Assembly: GCA_031414775.1 (NCBI GenBank)
Contig: JANOQI010000034.1
Location: forward strand, 1 to 61,736
Reading direction: 5' to 3'
DNA from: Synechococcales cyanobacterium VAR_4_metabat_354
GTDB lineage: Bacteria > Cyanobacteriota > Cyanobacteriia > Cyanobacteriales > Chamaesiphonaceae
DNA: 61,736 nucleotides
Below are positions 50,843 to 60,535 of this stretch, piece after piece. Position 1 is the stretch's first letter. The number at the start of each line of letters is the position of its first letter. The translations under genes and the position numbers were made by a program. The notes under the pieces were generated by a model. It was not told the origin of the DNA, ran no database searches, and saw nothing but the letters and a program-made list of their open reading frames with translations.

Positions 50843-51901
50843 ATGGGTAGCAAACCAAAAGATTTTAGCCGTGGCATCATCGAAGGATTCTTTGGCCGAC
50901 CGTGGAGTTGGTCAACCCGTCAATCCTACGCTAGCTTCCTGAAGCAAAATAACTATCAATACTATATCTACGCTCCCAAAGCCGATCGATGCCTGCGCCG
51001 TCGCTGGTCAGAGCCATGGCCAGCGGCAGAATATGCCCAATTGCAACAGCTTAGCCAAGTTTATCAGCAAGCTGAAGTAGCCTGGGGGATTGGTCTTACG
51101 CCGCTGGAAATTCATCACAACTTTGATGACCAGACCAAGGCAAAACTGGATGCCAAGATTCGATCGATCAACAATCTCCAACCTGATATCCTGGCTATTT
51201 TGTTTGATGATATGCGCGGCGACTTCGATCGGATCGCCGAAATTCAAGCCGATATCACCCATCGAATTATGGAGCAAAGCACCGCTAGTTCTTTCATTAT
51301 GTGTCCCACCTACTACTCCACCGATCCAGTTTTAGATCAGGTATTTGGCGATCGACCCGCTCTCTACCTAGAAACCCTCGGCCAACTGCTAGATCCCGGT
51401 GTGGATGTTTTTTGGACCGGTGAAAAAGTTTGTTCTACCGCTTATCCCGCCGCACATTTACAAGAAATCACGGCTCAACTGGGACGAAAACCCTTGATCT
51501 GGGACAATTACCCGGTAAATGATGGGGCTAAACTGTGTAAGTTTTTGCATCTCCGACCATTTGGCGAATCGGCTGAACACTTGGCTAATTGGACGGCAGG
51601 ACAGGCGATTAATCCGATGAACCAAGCTTATTTGTCGCAAATTCCGTTAATGACTTTGACGGCTAGTGAGCAGCAATACCCTTTGTACTCAGCGGCTTGT
51701 GCCCTTGGGGGTGAGACCTTTGCTGAATATTTGGTCGCAGATGTTGCCGCGTTTCAAGATGAGGGGTTGGATCTGTTGAATAAAGAAAGAAAAAATGGGT
51801 TGATCGATCGATATGAACCTTTTCAAACTCTTTACAGTCAAGAACTGGTTGATTGGCTCCAGGGTAAATATCCTTTCGATCCAGCTTGTTTGACTGATTA
51901 A
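50843..51901 (+). CDS. GH84 beta-N-acetylglucosaminidase (O-GlcNAcase-like) catalytic domain
   Basis: GIIEGFFGRPWS, YIYAPKAD, LFDD catalytic Asp pair, CPTYY, FWTG, IWDNYPVND, NPMNQ; no signal peptide. Confidence 0.88.
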   Translation: MGSKPKDFSRGIIEGFFGRPWSWSTRQSYASFLKQNNYQYYIYAPKADRCLRRRWSEPWPAAEYAQLQQLSQVYQQAEVAWGIGLTPLEIHHNFDDQTKAKLDAKIRSINNLQPDILAILFDDMRGDFDRIAEIQADITHRIMEQSTASSFIMCPTYYSTDPVLDQVFGDRPALYLETLGQLLDPGVDVFWTGEKVCSTAYPAAHLQEITAQLGRKPLIWDNYPVNDGAKLCKFLHLRPFGESAEHLANWTAGQAINPMNQAYLSQIPLMTLTASEQQYPLYSAACALGGETFAEYLVADVAAFQDEGLDLLNKERKNGLIDRYEPFQTLYSQELVDWLQGKYPFDPACLTD

Positions 51902-51929
51902 CGTAATGTTTAAGAATATACCTACTCAC

Positions 51930-52610
51930 TTAACTCCGAAATAAGCGGCTGTACTGCGTTTCATGAGTCATACTAGCCAACGCCAGTCCCCAATTACAAC
52001 TAAACAGATCCTCGTCTGGCAACATTAGAGCGCGATCGACTGCCGCCACCAACGGTGCACCAAGTTGCTGCAACAACCGCTGACCATCAGTCTGACCCAG
52101 CGGGATCAGTTTCACCCCAGCACTAACCAAATTACTTGCCCAGCTATAGAGATAGCCCATCAACATCGTGCGTTCATCCATTTTTCCCTCAGCAACAGCC
52201 AGGGCAAAAACAATCGCAAAATTACAATTTTCGCCCAGAGTAGTTTCTAACTCCGCCCAATACTCTTGAGGTTGTAAATCTCGCATCAGCTTCAAGAGAG
52301 ATCGACCCATTTGCCAATTTTGTTGTTGCAGCTCGTAGCTTTCGCGGGTAGCAGACAGCCAGTGATTCCAGTAAGATAGACTATCCAAATCACGACCGGC
52401 CCAAGCCCGGTAAGCGCGTAGCAAGATAGCTGCCTCAATGCCGATCGATCCAGTTGCTAAGGATGCTGTCAGCCATAGTTGCAGCTGGTTATCATTAATT
52501 ATGAGCTGTCGATCAATTAATGTCTCCAGCCCTTCCGAGTAACTATAAGCTCCCACTGGCAGCGCCGGACTAGTGAGTTGTAAAAGCGCTAACAAAGCAA
52601 CATGATTCAT
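51930..52610 (-). CDS. ureF: Urease accessory protein UreF
   Basis: [42 protein letters not shown]; probable ATG 52610. Confidence 0.96.
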   Translation of the reverse strand: MNHVALLALLQLTSPALPVGAYSYSEGLETLIDRQLIINDNQLQLWLTASLATGSIGIEAAILLRAYRAWAGRDLDSLSYWNHWLSATRESYELQQQNWQMGRSLLKLMRDLQPQEYWAELETTLGENCNFAIVFALAVAEGKMDERTMLMGYLYSWASNLVSAGVKLIPLGQTDGQRLLQQLGAPLVAAVDRALMLPDEDLFSCNWGLALASMTHETQYSRLFRS

Positions 52611-52670
52611 AAGAAGAGATCGTACGACCTCGCTTTTCGCCGATTTAACCAATCAGCAATACCAGATTGT

Positions 52671-52892
52671 CTACTCGGGGTTAGTGGTTTCGACCGTTGG
52701 TTGAAATAATTGGTCTAGTTCTTCCGTAGAGCAGCAATCCGCCAAATCTTCTCGGCTAAATTTCTCCTCAAATTCAGTATTTAAATCCTCTACCATGGCA
52801 TCAAATTCTGCCTGGGTTAAATCATCCTGTGATCCTGATTGACTAATTGTCTTGCCTCCACTACTACTAATACTACTGGCCAAATGTGGCAC
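52671..52892 (-). CDS. Small acidic hypothetical protein, possibly the 3' part of a nonsense-interrupted gene starting at 52979
   Basis: 73-aa ORF; upstream in-frame ATG at 52979 separated by a single TAA. Confidence 0.4.
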   Translation of the reverse strand: MPHLASSISSSGGKTISQSGSQDDLTQAEFDAMVEDLNTEFEEKFSREDLADCCSTEELDQLFQPTVETTNPE

Positions 52893-52977
52893 AAAATTAA
52901 GTGAAATAAAGCGGATTGCTTGCTGAGCTTAAATAGTTTTTGGCACTAAACGACCAGCTATGATTTTATGATAGTCC

Positions 52978-53016
52978 ATAATTATTAAATTTTAATAAAT
53001 AAAATTTAATAATTAT
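52978..53016. repeat. Pure-AT 17-bp perfect inverted repeat downstream of ppk1
   Basis: ATAATTATTAAATTTTA-ataaa-TAAAATTTAATAATTAT. Confidence 0.7.
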
Positions 53017-53061
53017 CTCAATATATGGTACTGAATTTACGCTAATTGCCTAAGTAATGTG

Positions 53062-55191
53062 CTAACAATTCATATCCATTAGAATCTGGTGCGAACTAAT
53101 GCTCTCACCACCTGGTGAGGCTTGGCGCTGCACATAACTGCCATCGCTCTGTAAATCCCACGCTTGCCGATTATCCGCCAGCATAATTCCCAGAATTTCG
53201 TGGATATCTTTGGCAATATCAGCATCTTCGATCGGTACGATTGCTTCCACCCGTCGATCAAGATTTCTGGTCATCCAGTCGGCACTACCAATGAAAACCT
53301 GCTCATCACCACCGTTATAGAAATAATAAATCCGGGAATGCTCCAAAAAGCGACCAATAATGCTCATTACCCGAATATTTTCACTCAGTCCCGGAATCCC
53401 TGGTCGCAGGCAACACATGCCCCGCACAATCAGATCGATGCTCACACCAGCTTGGGAAGCTTGGTAAAGATGAGCAATGATCGCCGGATCTACTAGAGAG
53501 TTCACTTTGGCAACAATCCGGCCAGTGTCACCGGTTTGGACTTGCTCAATTTCTTGCTGAATCAGCTGGTCAAACTGCTCGCGAGCATTAACTGGAGATA
53601 TCAATAACTTGCGGTACGATTGCTGGCGCGAGTATCCAGTTAAATAATTGAATAGGTCAGTAAGATCGGCACCGAGTTCTGGCCGACTACTGAATAAACC
53701 CAAATCGGTATAGATACGCGAAGTTTTAGCATTATAGTTACCAGTACCAATATGCACGTAGCGACGAATTTTACTACCTTCTTGACGCACTACCAAAATC
53801 ACTTTGGTATGAGTTTTCAGCCCGACTAATCCATACACAACATGCACGCCAGCTTGCTCTAGCTGCCTAGCCCAGGCGATATTGTTTTGCTCATCAAACC
53901 TTGCCTTGAGTTCTACTAAAACAGCGACTTGCTTACCGTTTTCGGCAGCAGTCATTAAGGCACTGATTAATTTGGAATCACCAGAAGTGCGATATAAGGT
54001 CATTTTGATCGCCATGACATCCGGGTCTAGAGACGCTGCGGTGACAAATTTCTCGACGGTACCGGTGAAAGATTGATAAGGATGATGTACGAGAAGATCG
54101 CGCTCGGCAATGACACTGAAAAAGTCTTTCTGGTCGCCATCTTCGTCCGCTTCGGCTAATTTTTTGAGGCGGGGTGGCAAGCTGGGTGTCCAGGGTAGGT
54201 CTTTGAGAGCGGGCAAGTTGAGGGAATAAATGACAAACAGATCACTCAAGCCTAATAAACCATCAACTTTATAGACATCGCCAGTAGTGAGGTCTAACTC
54301 TTCCATCAGCATTTGGATAATATGCTCCGGGGTATCAGCCTGCACTTCTACCCGCACCACAGAACCGCCTAAGCGCCGTTTGCGTAGTTCTTGTTCGATC
54401 GCCAGCAACAAATCATCGGCATCGTCTTCGGCGATGGCAATATCGGCATTTCTGGTGACTCGAAAAATGTGACATTCTTGAATGCTCATGCCGGGAAAGA
54501 GGGAATCGAGATTGTGAGCAATTAATTGCTCGATCGGGATACCCGTCCAGTGACAACTACCATCAGATGATTTGCTACAGAGGTTAGTCGGCATCTGAAT
54601 AAAACGGGGCAAGACCTGTGGTACTTTGACCCGGGCAAATAGTTCTTCGTCGGTTTCGGGATGCTTCAGCACCACGGCCAAACTAAGACTGAGATTAGAA
54701 ATATAAGGAAAAGGATGACTGGGATCGACAGCTAAGGGGGTGAGCACCGGAAAAATCTGATCTTCAAAATAGTTTTGAAGATACTGGCGCTGTTCTTGGT
54801 TCAGCTCAAAATAATTGAGAATGTGAATGCCTTGGTTGGCAATCAGTGGCCGTAACTCTTGCTCGAAGTGTTGATACTTTCGCTCCAAGAGTGGCCGTAA
54901 ATGCTGCCCAATGGCTTGTAATTGCTGTTCTGGGGTGCGGCCATCGGGGGTGGTTTTTTGAACATTAGCGGCAATTTGTTGTTTGATGGTAGCCACTCGC
55001 ACCATAAAAAACTCATCTAGGTTCACACTAAAAATGCCCATGAACTTGAGACGCTCCAATAGGGGTGTGCGTTCATCCATGGCTTCGCTCAAAACTCGGG
55101 AGTTAAACTCCAGCCAGCTTAGCTCCCGACTAAAGTAATTTTTGGGATCGTGGAGATCGATCGCGAGTTGCTTAATTTCATCAGTATCCAT
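53062..55191 (-). CDS. ppk1: Polyphosphate kinase 1
   Basis: RELSWLEFN.RVL, NLDEFFMVRVA, HPFPYISN, ELKARFDE, LKTHTK, GRFLEHSR; probable ATG 55191. Confidence 0.98.
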   Translation of the reverse strand: MDTDEIKQLAIDLHDPKNYFSRELSWLEFNSRVLSEAMDERTPLLERLKFMGIFSVNLDEFFMVRVATIKQQIAANVQKTTPDGRTPEQQLQAIGQHLRPLLERKYQHFEQELRPLIANQGIHILNYFELNQEQRQYLQNYFEDQIFPVLTPLAVDPSHPFPYISNLSLSLAVVLKHPETDEELFARVKVPQVLPRFIQMPTNLCSKSSDGSCHWTGIPIEQLIAHNLDSLFPGMSIQECHIFRVTRNADIAIAEDDADDLLLAIEQELRKRRLGGSVVRVEVQADTPEHIIQMLMEELDLTTGDVYKVDGLLGLSDLFVIYSLNLPALKDLPWTPSLPPRLKKLAEADEDGDQKDFFSVIAERDLLVHHPYQSFTGTVEKFVTAASLDPDVMAIKMTLYRTSGDSKLISALMTAAENGKQVAVLVELKARFDEQNNIAWARQLEQAGVHVVYGLVGLKTHTKVILVVRQEGSKIRRYVHIGTGNYNAKTSRIYTDLGLFSSRPELGADLTDLFNYLTGYSRQQSYRKLLISPVNAREQFDQLIQQEIEQVQTGDTGRIVAKVNSLVDPAIIAHLYQASQAGVSIDLIVRGMCCLRPGIPGLSENIRVMSIIGRFLEHSRIYYFYNGGDEQVFIGSADWMTRNLDRRVEAIVPIEDADIAKDIHEILGIMLADNRQAWDLQSDGSYVQRQASPGGESISSHQILMDMNC

Positions 55192-55223
55192 ACCCTTGAT
55201 TATTCCCAACTCAGTTAAAAAGA

Positions 55224-55433
55224 TTATTTAAACACTTGATTTTCTTGGCCTTTCCACCACTGACCGAGCTTCATCATATCCCGATGAATATCTTCGAGTC
55301 TGGCAATATATTCGGCTGAAGATAGATCATCTTTTTCCTCGGCTAATTTGCTCAGACGTAGTTGAACCAACATCCAGGGTTTTTGGTAATCGCCGGTTTC
55401 GCCCAGATATTTAGCAAATTCTTCACTCTGCAT
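55224..55433 (-). CDS. Small conserved hypothetical protein
   Basis: 69-aa ORF filling the gap between trmFO and ppk1; KPW.L.QLRL.KL...LG.WW.G.E pattern. Confidence 0.75.
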   Translation of the reverse strand: MQSEEFAKYLGETGDYQKPWMLVQLRLSKLAEEKDDLSSAEYIARLEDIHRDMMKLGQWWKGQENQVFK

Positions 55434-55456
55434 TTTTTCTACTCAATTTTTTTCTG

Positions 55457-56815
55457 CTAACTGTTGACTAAAAATTGATTACTAACCTGAGCCGCTAATA
55501 GATCGATCGCCATTAAAGATCGATCGCGATAAGCGCCATAGCGCTCCGGCTTGCCTTTAATTTTGACCGGGAACTCCGGCAAAATCCCAAAGTTGGGCGG
55601 CATTGGCTGAAAGTATTTGGGAGCAGCGGTGCAAACAAAATTAAACAAAGCGCCCATCATCGTATTTGAATCAATAGTCAGTGGTTCTTGACCTTTCGCT
55701 AACCGAGCGGCGTTAGTGCCAGCCAGCCAACCCCCAGCAGCGGCGGCAGTATAGCCTTCGGTACCAATGATTTGGCCAGCAGCTAGGAGTTGGGGACGAG
55801 TTTTGAATTGCAAAGAGGCCATTAGCAGATTGGGAGAGTTGATGAAAGTGTTACGGTGCATCACTCCCAGCCTTACAAATTCAGCGTTTTCCAAACCAGG
55901 AATCAGCCGGAAGATCCGTTTTTGTTCACCCCAGCGCAAGTTAGTCTGAAAACCCACCATATTCCACAGCTGGCCAGCTTTATCTTCTTGGCGCAGCTGA
56001 ATTACAGCATAGGGGCGATGAATTTGGTTTTCGGGGGCTTTGAAATCACCGCGTCTGCTATCGAATAAACCGACTGGTTTCAGTGGTCCGTAGCGCATGG
56101 TTTCTACGCCCCGCTGGGCTAATTCTTCGATCGGTAGGCAGGCTTCAAAGAATTTGGCGGTCTCTCGATCGAAGTCTTTCAGTTCGGCTTGTTCTGCTTT
56201 GCATAACTCTGTCCAAAAATGCAGATACTGCTCTTTGTTCATCGGGCAGTTGAGGTAGGCTGCTTCACCTTTGTCGTAGCGGGAGGCAAAGAAAGCAATA
56301 TTTTGATCGATCGAATCGCCCACAATGATCGGACTAGCCGCATCAAAAAAGCTCAAATAATCCAAGCCCGTAAAGTTTTGGAGGTCAGTGGCTAACTCCA
56401 CGCTAGTCAATGGTCCAGTCGCCAGTACCGTAATGCCATCGGTGGGAATGGCTGGCAGCATTTCCCGTTTAAAGTTAATCAAAGGATGGCTGCTCAAGGT
56501 ATGAGTGAGATCTTGGCTAAATTGACCGCGATCGACAGCCAGGGCACCACCCGCTGGTACCGCATGTTGGTCAGCTTTTCCAATAACGATCGAACCTAAG
56601 CGGCGCAGTTCTTCATGCAACAGTCCGGCAGCACGATCGGTAGACTGTGCACCAAAAGAGTTACTGCACACTAGTTCGGCCAGTTCTTCACTGTGGTGAG
56701 CAGGGCTGAGTTGAGTGGGGCGCATTTCGTAGAGGTCTACTGGCACCCCGGCCTGAGCTATTTGCCAAGCGGCTTCAGTGCCAGCCAAGCCGCCCCCGAT
56801 GACGGTAACGCGCAT
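55457..56815 (-). CDS. trmFO: tRNA (uracil-54)-methyltransferase, FADH2-oxidising
   Basis: [48 protein letters not shown]. Confidence 0.97.
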   Translation of the reverse strand: MRVTVIGGGLAGTEAAWQIAQAGVPVDLYEMRPTQLSPAHHSEELAELVCSNSFGAQSTDRAAGLLHEELRRLGSIVIGKADQHAVPAGGALAVDRGQFSQDLTHTLSSHPLINFKREMLPAIPTDGITVLATGPLTSVELATDLQNFTGLDYLSFFDAASPIIVGDSIDQNIAFFASRYDKGEAAYLNCPMNKEQYLHFWTELCKAEQAELKDFDRETAKFFEACLPIEELAQRGVETMRYGPLKPVGLFDSRRGDFKAPENQIHRPYAVIQLRQEDKAGQLWNMVGFQTNLRWGEQKRIFRLIPGLENAEFVRLGVMHRNTFINSPNLLMASLQFKTRPQLLAAGQIIGTEGYTAAAAGGWLAGTNAARLAKGQEPLTIDSNTMMGALFNFVCTAAPKYFQPMPPNFGILPEFPVKIKGKPERYGAYRDRSLMAIDLLAAQVSNQFLVNS

Positions 56816-56894
56816 TTTTTGATTTTTGTAGATAGTCCACTCATTATAATGGTGAGGCAGAAAATCTTGAGCAGTAGCCGCTCATTCCAAAAAT

Positions 56895-57263
56895 ATGGCC
56901 AATCATAAAGGGGGCTGTCATTGTGGAGCCGTACGCTGGCAGGTATCCATCGAAAAATATCAAGCTACTGACTGTAATTGTTCCATTTGTCGGCAAAAAG
57001 GATTTTTGCACTTGATTTTGCCGCCGGAGCGTTTTGAGTTGCTGCAAGGCCAAGCTATGTTGGCTACCTATACTTTCAATACGGGGACAGCTAAACACTT
57101 ATTTTGTCGAAAGTGTGGCATCCATTCTTTCTATCGACCCCGGTCTCATCCCACCGATTTTGATGTGAATGTTCACTGCTTGGATGAAAACTTACTCGAC
57201 AGGTTTACCATTAAGTCTTTCGATGGTCAAAATTGGGAGCAAAATATTGATAGTATTCGTTAA
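56895..57263 (+). CDS. GFA/CENP-V family zinc protein
   Basis: GGCHCGAV, CNCSIC, FCRKCG, PRSHP. Confidence 0.93.
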   Translation: MANHKGGCHCGAVRWQVSIEKYQATDCNCSICRQKGFLHLILPPERFELLQGQAMLATYTFNTGTAKHLFCRKCGIHSFYRPRSHPTDFDVNVHCLDENLLDRFTIKSFDGQNWEQNIDSIR

Positions 57264-57503
57264 AGACCACTGTCAAACAACTCCGCAGCTACTATGATGA
57301 AGTAAATGACAACTACATTTCCACTACTACCTGAGTTCCCAAATTTCAACAAATTTAATTGCGGAGTTAGCAGCACAAGTAGACAGGGAACAATGTAGAA
57401 AGCTATTGCTTTATGGATTTCCCGACAGAATCGCTAGAATGTCCCGCCACAAATCACCCCCCAATCCTCCAGTTTATTTCTCCATCATTGTCGTAACCGC
57501 CAT

Positions 57504-58220
57504 ATGCAGATCCATAATCGAGAAATCTTCGATCAGATAGTTGCTTATCTAGAGCACCACGAGCATTCTTTGCAAATCAAGAAAATGCTCTACTGTCTGT
57601 GCACCAATCGCTGGGAACGCGACCCCGATTTTTTGAGATCGATTAACTGTCATCACTTTACGGAATATCTAATTAAAGAATTCAATACTCATGAAGAGTT
57701 GAAGGAGAAACTTTTTAGTTTGTTAAAAACAGTCAACAAGCCCAAAGAATACGTGGTAGTCGCTAAAATTATCTACAGTAGCCTGGGTCAAATGTACCCA
57801 GATTTTCATCGGATGTATTCCACCACCGATCTCTCGGTGCATCAACAACCAACAGTGCTCGACCAACCACTAGTTCCAGTCGTTGTCGAACGCCAGCCGA
57901 TCGAGTACGACGTTTTTGAACTCCGTCAAAGTGTCATGAGTTACGCCAACCCACTCCGGGTTAAAACTCTGCTGCACTTAGTGCTCGTCCCCACCGAATT
58001 TTCTGATCCCCGCACAATTTATGATTACTTATTAGATAACTTACTAGCTCACCTAATTACTAACTACACCAATTTGGATGACATTGAAGCAGCAATTAGC
58101 GCAGCAGTCGTACAGTTGCCAGACATTGAAGAATACGGCAAGGCGGCTACTGGTCTCATTCAAGCTTTAGTTCCGCTCTATCACAAACAGTCCAAGCCCA
58201 TCGCCGCGGTGACAGTTTAA
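57504..58220 (+). CDS. Hypothetical protein with two related helical domains
   Basis: 238-aa ORF; N-half LQIKKML..EYVVVAKII and C-half LRVKTLL..EYGKAATGL joined by a Pro/Val linker. Confidence 0.75.
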   Translation: MQIHNREIFDQIVAYLEHHEHSLQIKKMLYCLCTNRWERDPDFLRSINCHHFTEYLIKEFNTHEELKEKLFSLLKTVNKPKEYVVVAKIIYSSLGQMYPDFHRMYSTTDLSVHQQPTVLDQPLVPVVVERQPIEYDVFELRQSVMSYANPLRVKTLLHLVLVPTEFSDPRTIYDYLLDNLLAHLITNYTNLDDIEAAISAAVVQLPDIEEYGKAATGLIQALVPLYHKQSKPIAAVTV

Positions 58221-58289
58221 GCTAGCAGTTTGTCAGGGAGATTGGGGCACATTAAAACATATTAACTTTATAGATATCAGCGGAATCTT

Positions 58290-59288
58290 ATGAAGGCAGA
58301 AGAACTACTATGGCGTTATGAAGGTGGCGAACGAGATTTCATCCGAGCCGAGTTAAGCGGCACCAATTTGATGGCTCAAGATTTGATCGATATTGTTTTA
58401 ACCGATGCCAATCTCAGTAAAAGTGATTTAACTTATAGCTACTTAAACCGCGCTCAGCTAACTCGCGCTAACTTGACCGGAGCCAGGTTGAGCGGGGCAA
58501 CTCTCACCAAATCTAGTTTGCAACATGCTAACTTTCGGGATGCCGACTTACATGGTGCCAGTCTCCAGTCGGCTGATCTACAAAATGCGGATATGACTTG
58601 GGTAAATTTGATGGATGCCAACCTCATGGAAGCTGATATGCGCGGGGTACAGATGAGTAGCGCTAATTTGGTAGGAGCTTGTCTGCGCGGTGCCAATCTG
58701 CGGGCAGAGAAAAGAGCGAATTGCTCTGATTTACGCAGTGCTAAATTACAGTATGCTGACCTGCGAAATGTAAACTTGGCGGGAGCAAATTTAGCCAAAG
58801 CAGATTTTTCCTTTGCTAATTTGACAGAAGCCAATCTGCGCGGGGTAGATTTGACTGGTGCCAATTTGACTGGGGCTAATTTGAGCAACGCTTTTTTGAC
58901 AGAAGCAACTTTGCATGAAACTATTTTACCCGATGCTAATTTGACCAATATTAAGCTGGAAAGAGCTAAGGTCACTTCCTGCCATATGACCAAAGTAATC
59001 TTAAAAAATGCAGTCATGACTGGTGTTAAGCTGGGCAACACTGATTTGAGCTATGCAGATCTGACACGAGCGCGGATGAGTAAAGCTGATTTGACGCGCA
59101 CTGTTTTTTGCTTTGCCAATCTTACGGGGGCAGAAATGAGTGAGTGTTATATGGCTAAAACCAATCTAGAAGATGCCAATCTTAGCAAAGCTAACTTGCT
59201 CCGGGCTGAAATGAGTAGTGCTAATATGATGGGGGCAAATTTAAGTGAAGCAATGATGCCTGATGGCCGGATTTATGCTTTGTCCTAG
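58290..59288 (+). CDS. Pentapeptide-repeat protein
   Basis: ELL.RY..GERDF start, continuous A(N/D)Lxx repeats, MPDG end. Confidence 0.96.
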   Translation: MKAEELLWRYEGGERDFIRAELSGTNLMAQDLIDIVLTDANLSKSDLTYSYLNRAQLTRANLTGARLSGATLTKSSLQHANFRDADLHGASLQSADLQNADMTWVNLMDANLMEADMRGVQMSSANLVGACLRGANLRAEKRANCSDLRSAKLQYADLRNVNLAGANLAKADFSFANLTEANLRGVDLTGANLTGANLSNAFLTEATLHETILPDANLTNIKLERAKVTSCHMTKVILKNAVMTGVKLGNTDLSYADLTRARMSKADLTRTVFCFANLTGAEMSECYMAKTNLEDANLSKANLLRAEMSSANMMGANLSEAMMPDGRIYALS

Positions 59289-59339
59289 ACCTATCGCAGC
59301 ATCATAATTTGTGGCCCTACCTACCTTTAAATAGTTTCT

Positions 59340-60527
59340 ATGATCTTGTCCAAACAGCAAATACTGGGCTGCTTAACTTTAGTAGGAGTGGGCACAGCCG
59401 TGGGCATGGGAGCGGCCTATTGGTGGCATCCCCAACAAGATCCTGTTTCTTCATCATCTGCACCGGCACAAGTTGCGCCGGGACTGAAGCCCGCTAGCAA
59501 TAGCCAGTCACCAACTACCGAAAATTTAAATTTTGTGGCTGGGGTGGTCGATCGAGTGGGTCCGGCGGTGGTCAGAATTGATGCAGTACACAAATCAAAA
59601 GCGAGGACTGGCAACTCAGCTGCTGAAGACCAAGATAGCGATCAGGGTGTAGAGCGTGGCACCGGTTCTGGTTTTATCCTCAGTACTGATGGTCAAATTA
59701 TCACGAACGGTCATGTGGTAGAAGACACCACCCAAGTAGCGGTGACGCTCAAAGATGGTCGCACGCTACCGGGCAAGGTGGTGGGCATTGACCCAGTTAC
59801 CGACTTAGCGGTAGTCAAGGTCGCTGGCCAGGGTTTACCTACGGTCAAGATTGGGGATTCTAGTAATTTAGCCGCTGGGGAATGGGCGATCGCGATCGGC
59901 AATCCCCTTGGTTTAGATAATACTGTAACTTTAGGAATTATTAGTGCCACTGGTCGGTCTAGCTCGGATGTCGGTATTCCTGATAAACGAGTGCGCTATA
60001 TTCAGGCGGATGCCGCCATCAATCCGGGTAACTCCGGCGGTCCGTTACTCAATGCCCAAGGCGAAGTAATTGGCATCAACACCGCTATTCGGACGGATGG
60101 GCAAGGTCTGGGATTCGCCATTCCGATCCAAACTGCCCAACGGATTGCTCAGCAAATTTTAAGCACTGGTAAAGCTAGTCATCCCTATCTAGGCATCAAG
60201 ATGGTGGAGCGCAGCCCCGAGCTATTGAAAAAACTGGCTACCGACCTCCAATTCCAGGCCGCTGCTAAAGTCGATCGAGGTGTAATCGTGGTGGAGGTGT
60301 TGCCCAATACCCCAGCAGCTAAAGGTGGTTTAAAAAGGGGCGATGTGATCCAAAAAGTAGCTGACCAGTCGGTGAATTCGCCCAATGATGTCCAAGAGCA
60401 AGTAGAGTCTAGTGAGATTGGTAAACCACTGATATTGGAAGTTAATCGAGCTGGTCAGCAGCAAACATTACCAATTCAGCCCGAAGTTTACCCCAGTACT
60501 GCTCCCGAACCAGAATCAGAACCATAA
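59340..60527 (+). CDS. HtrA/HhoA/HhoB-family serine protease with PDZ domain
   Basis: GTGSGF, TNGHVV, DLAV, INPGNSGGPL, PDZ (YLGI..PAAKGGL..GDVI). Confidence 0.96.
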   Translation: MILSKQQILGCLTLVGVGTAVGMGAAYWWHPQQDPVSSSSAPAQVAPGLKPASNSQSPTTENLNFVAGVVDRVGPAVVRIDAVHKSKARTGNSAAEDQDSDQGVERGTGSGFILSTDGQIITNGHVVEDTTQVAVTLKDGRTLPGKVVGIDPVTDLAVVKVAGQGLPTVKIGDSSNLAAGEWAIAIGNPLGLDNTVTLGIISATGRSSSDVGIPDKRVRYIQADAAINPGNSGGPLLNAQGEVIGINTAIRTDGQGLGFAIPIQTAQRIAQQILSTGKASHPYLGIKMVERSPELLKKLATDLQFQAAAKVDRGVIVVEVLPNTPAAKGGLKRGDVIQKVADQSVNSPNDVQEQVESSEIGKPLILEVNRAGQQQTLPIQPEVYPSTAPEPESEP

Positions 60528-60535
60528 AATCATCA

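Noticed and set aside
58454..59041. 195-aa antisense ORF
   Set aside because: Shadow of the pentapeptide-repeat codon pattern.
840..60385. Many 60-140 aa ORFs overlapping identified genes (e.g. 7606-8022, 42873-43238, 49370-49738)
   Set aside because: Antisense or alternate-frame shadows of conserved genes with no recognisable motifs.
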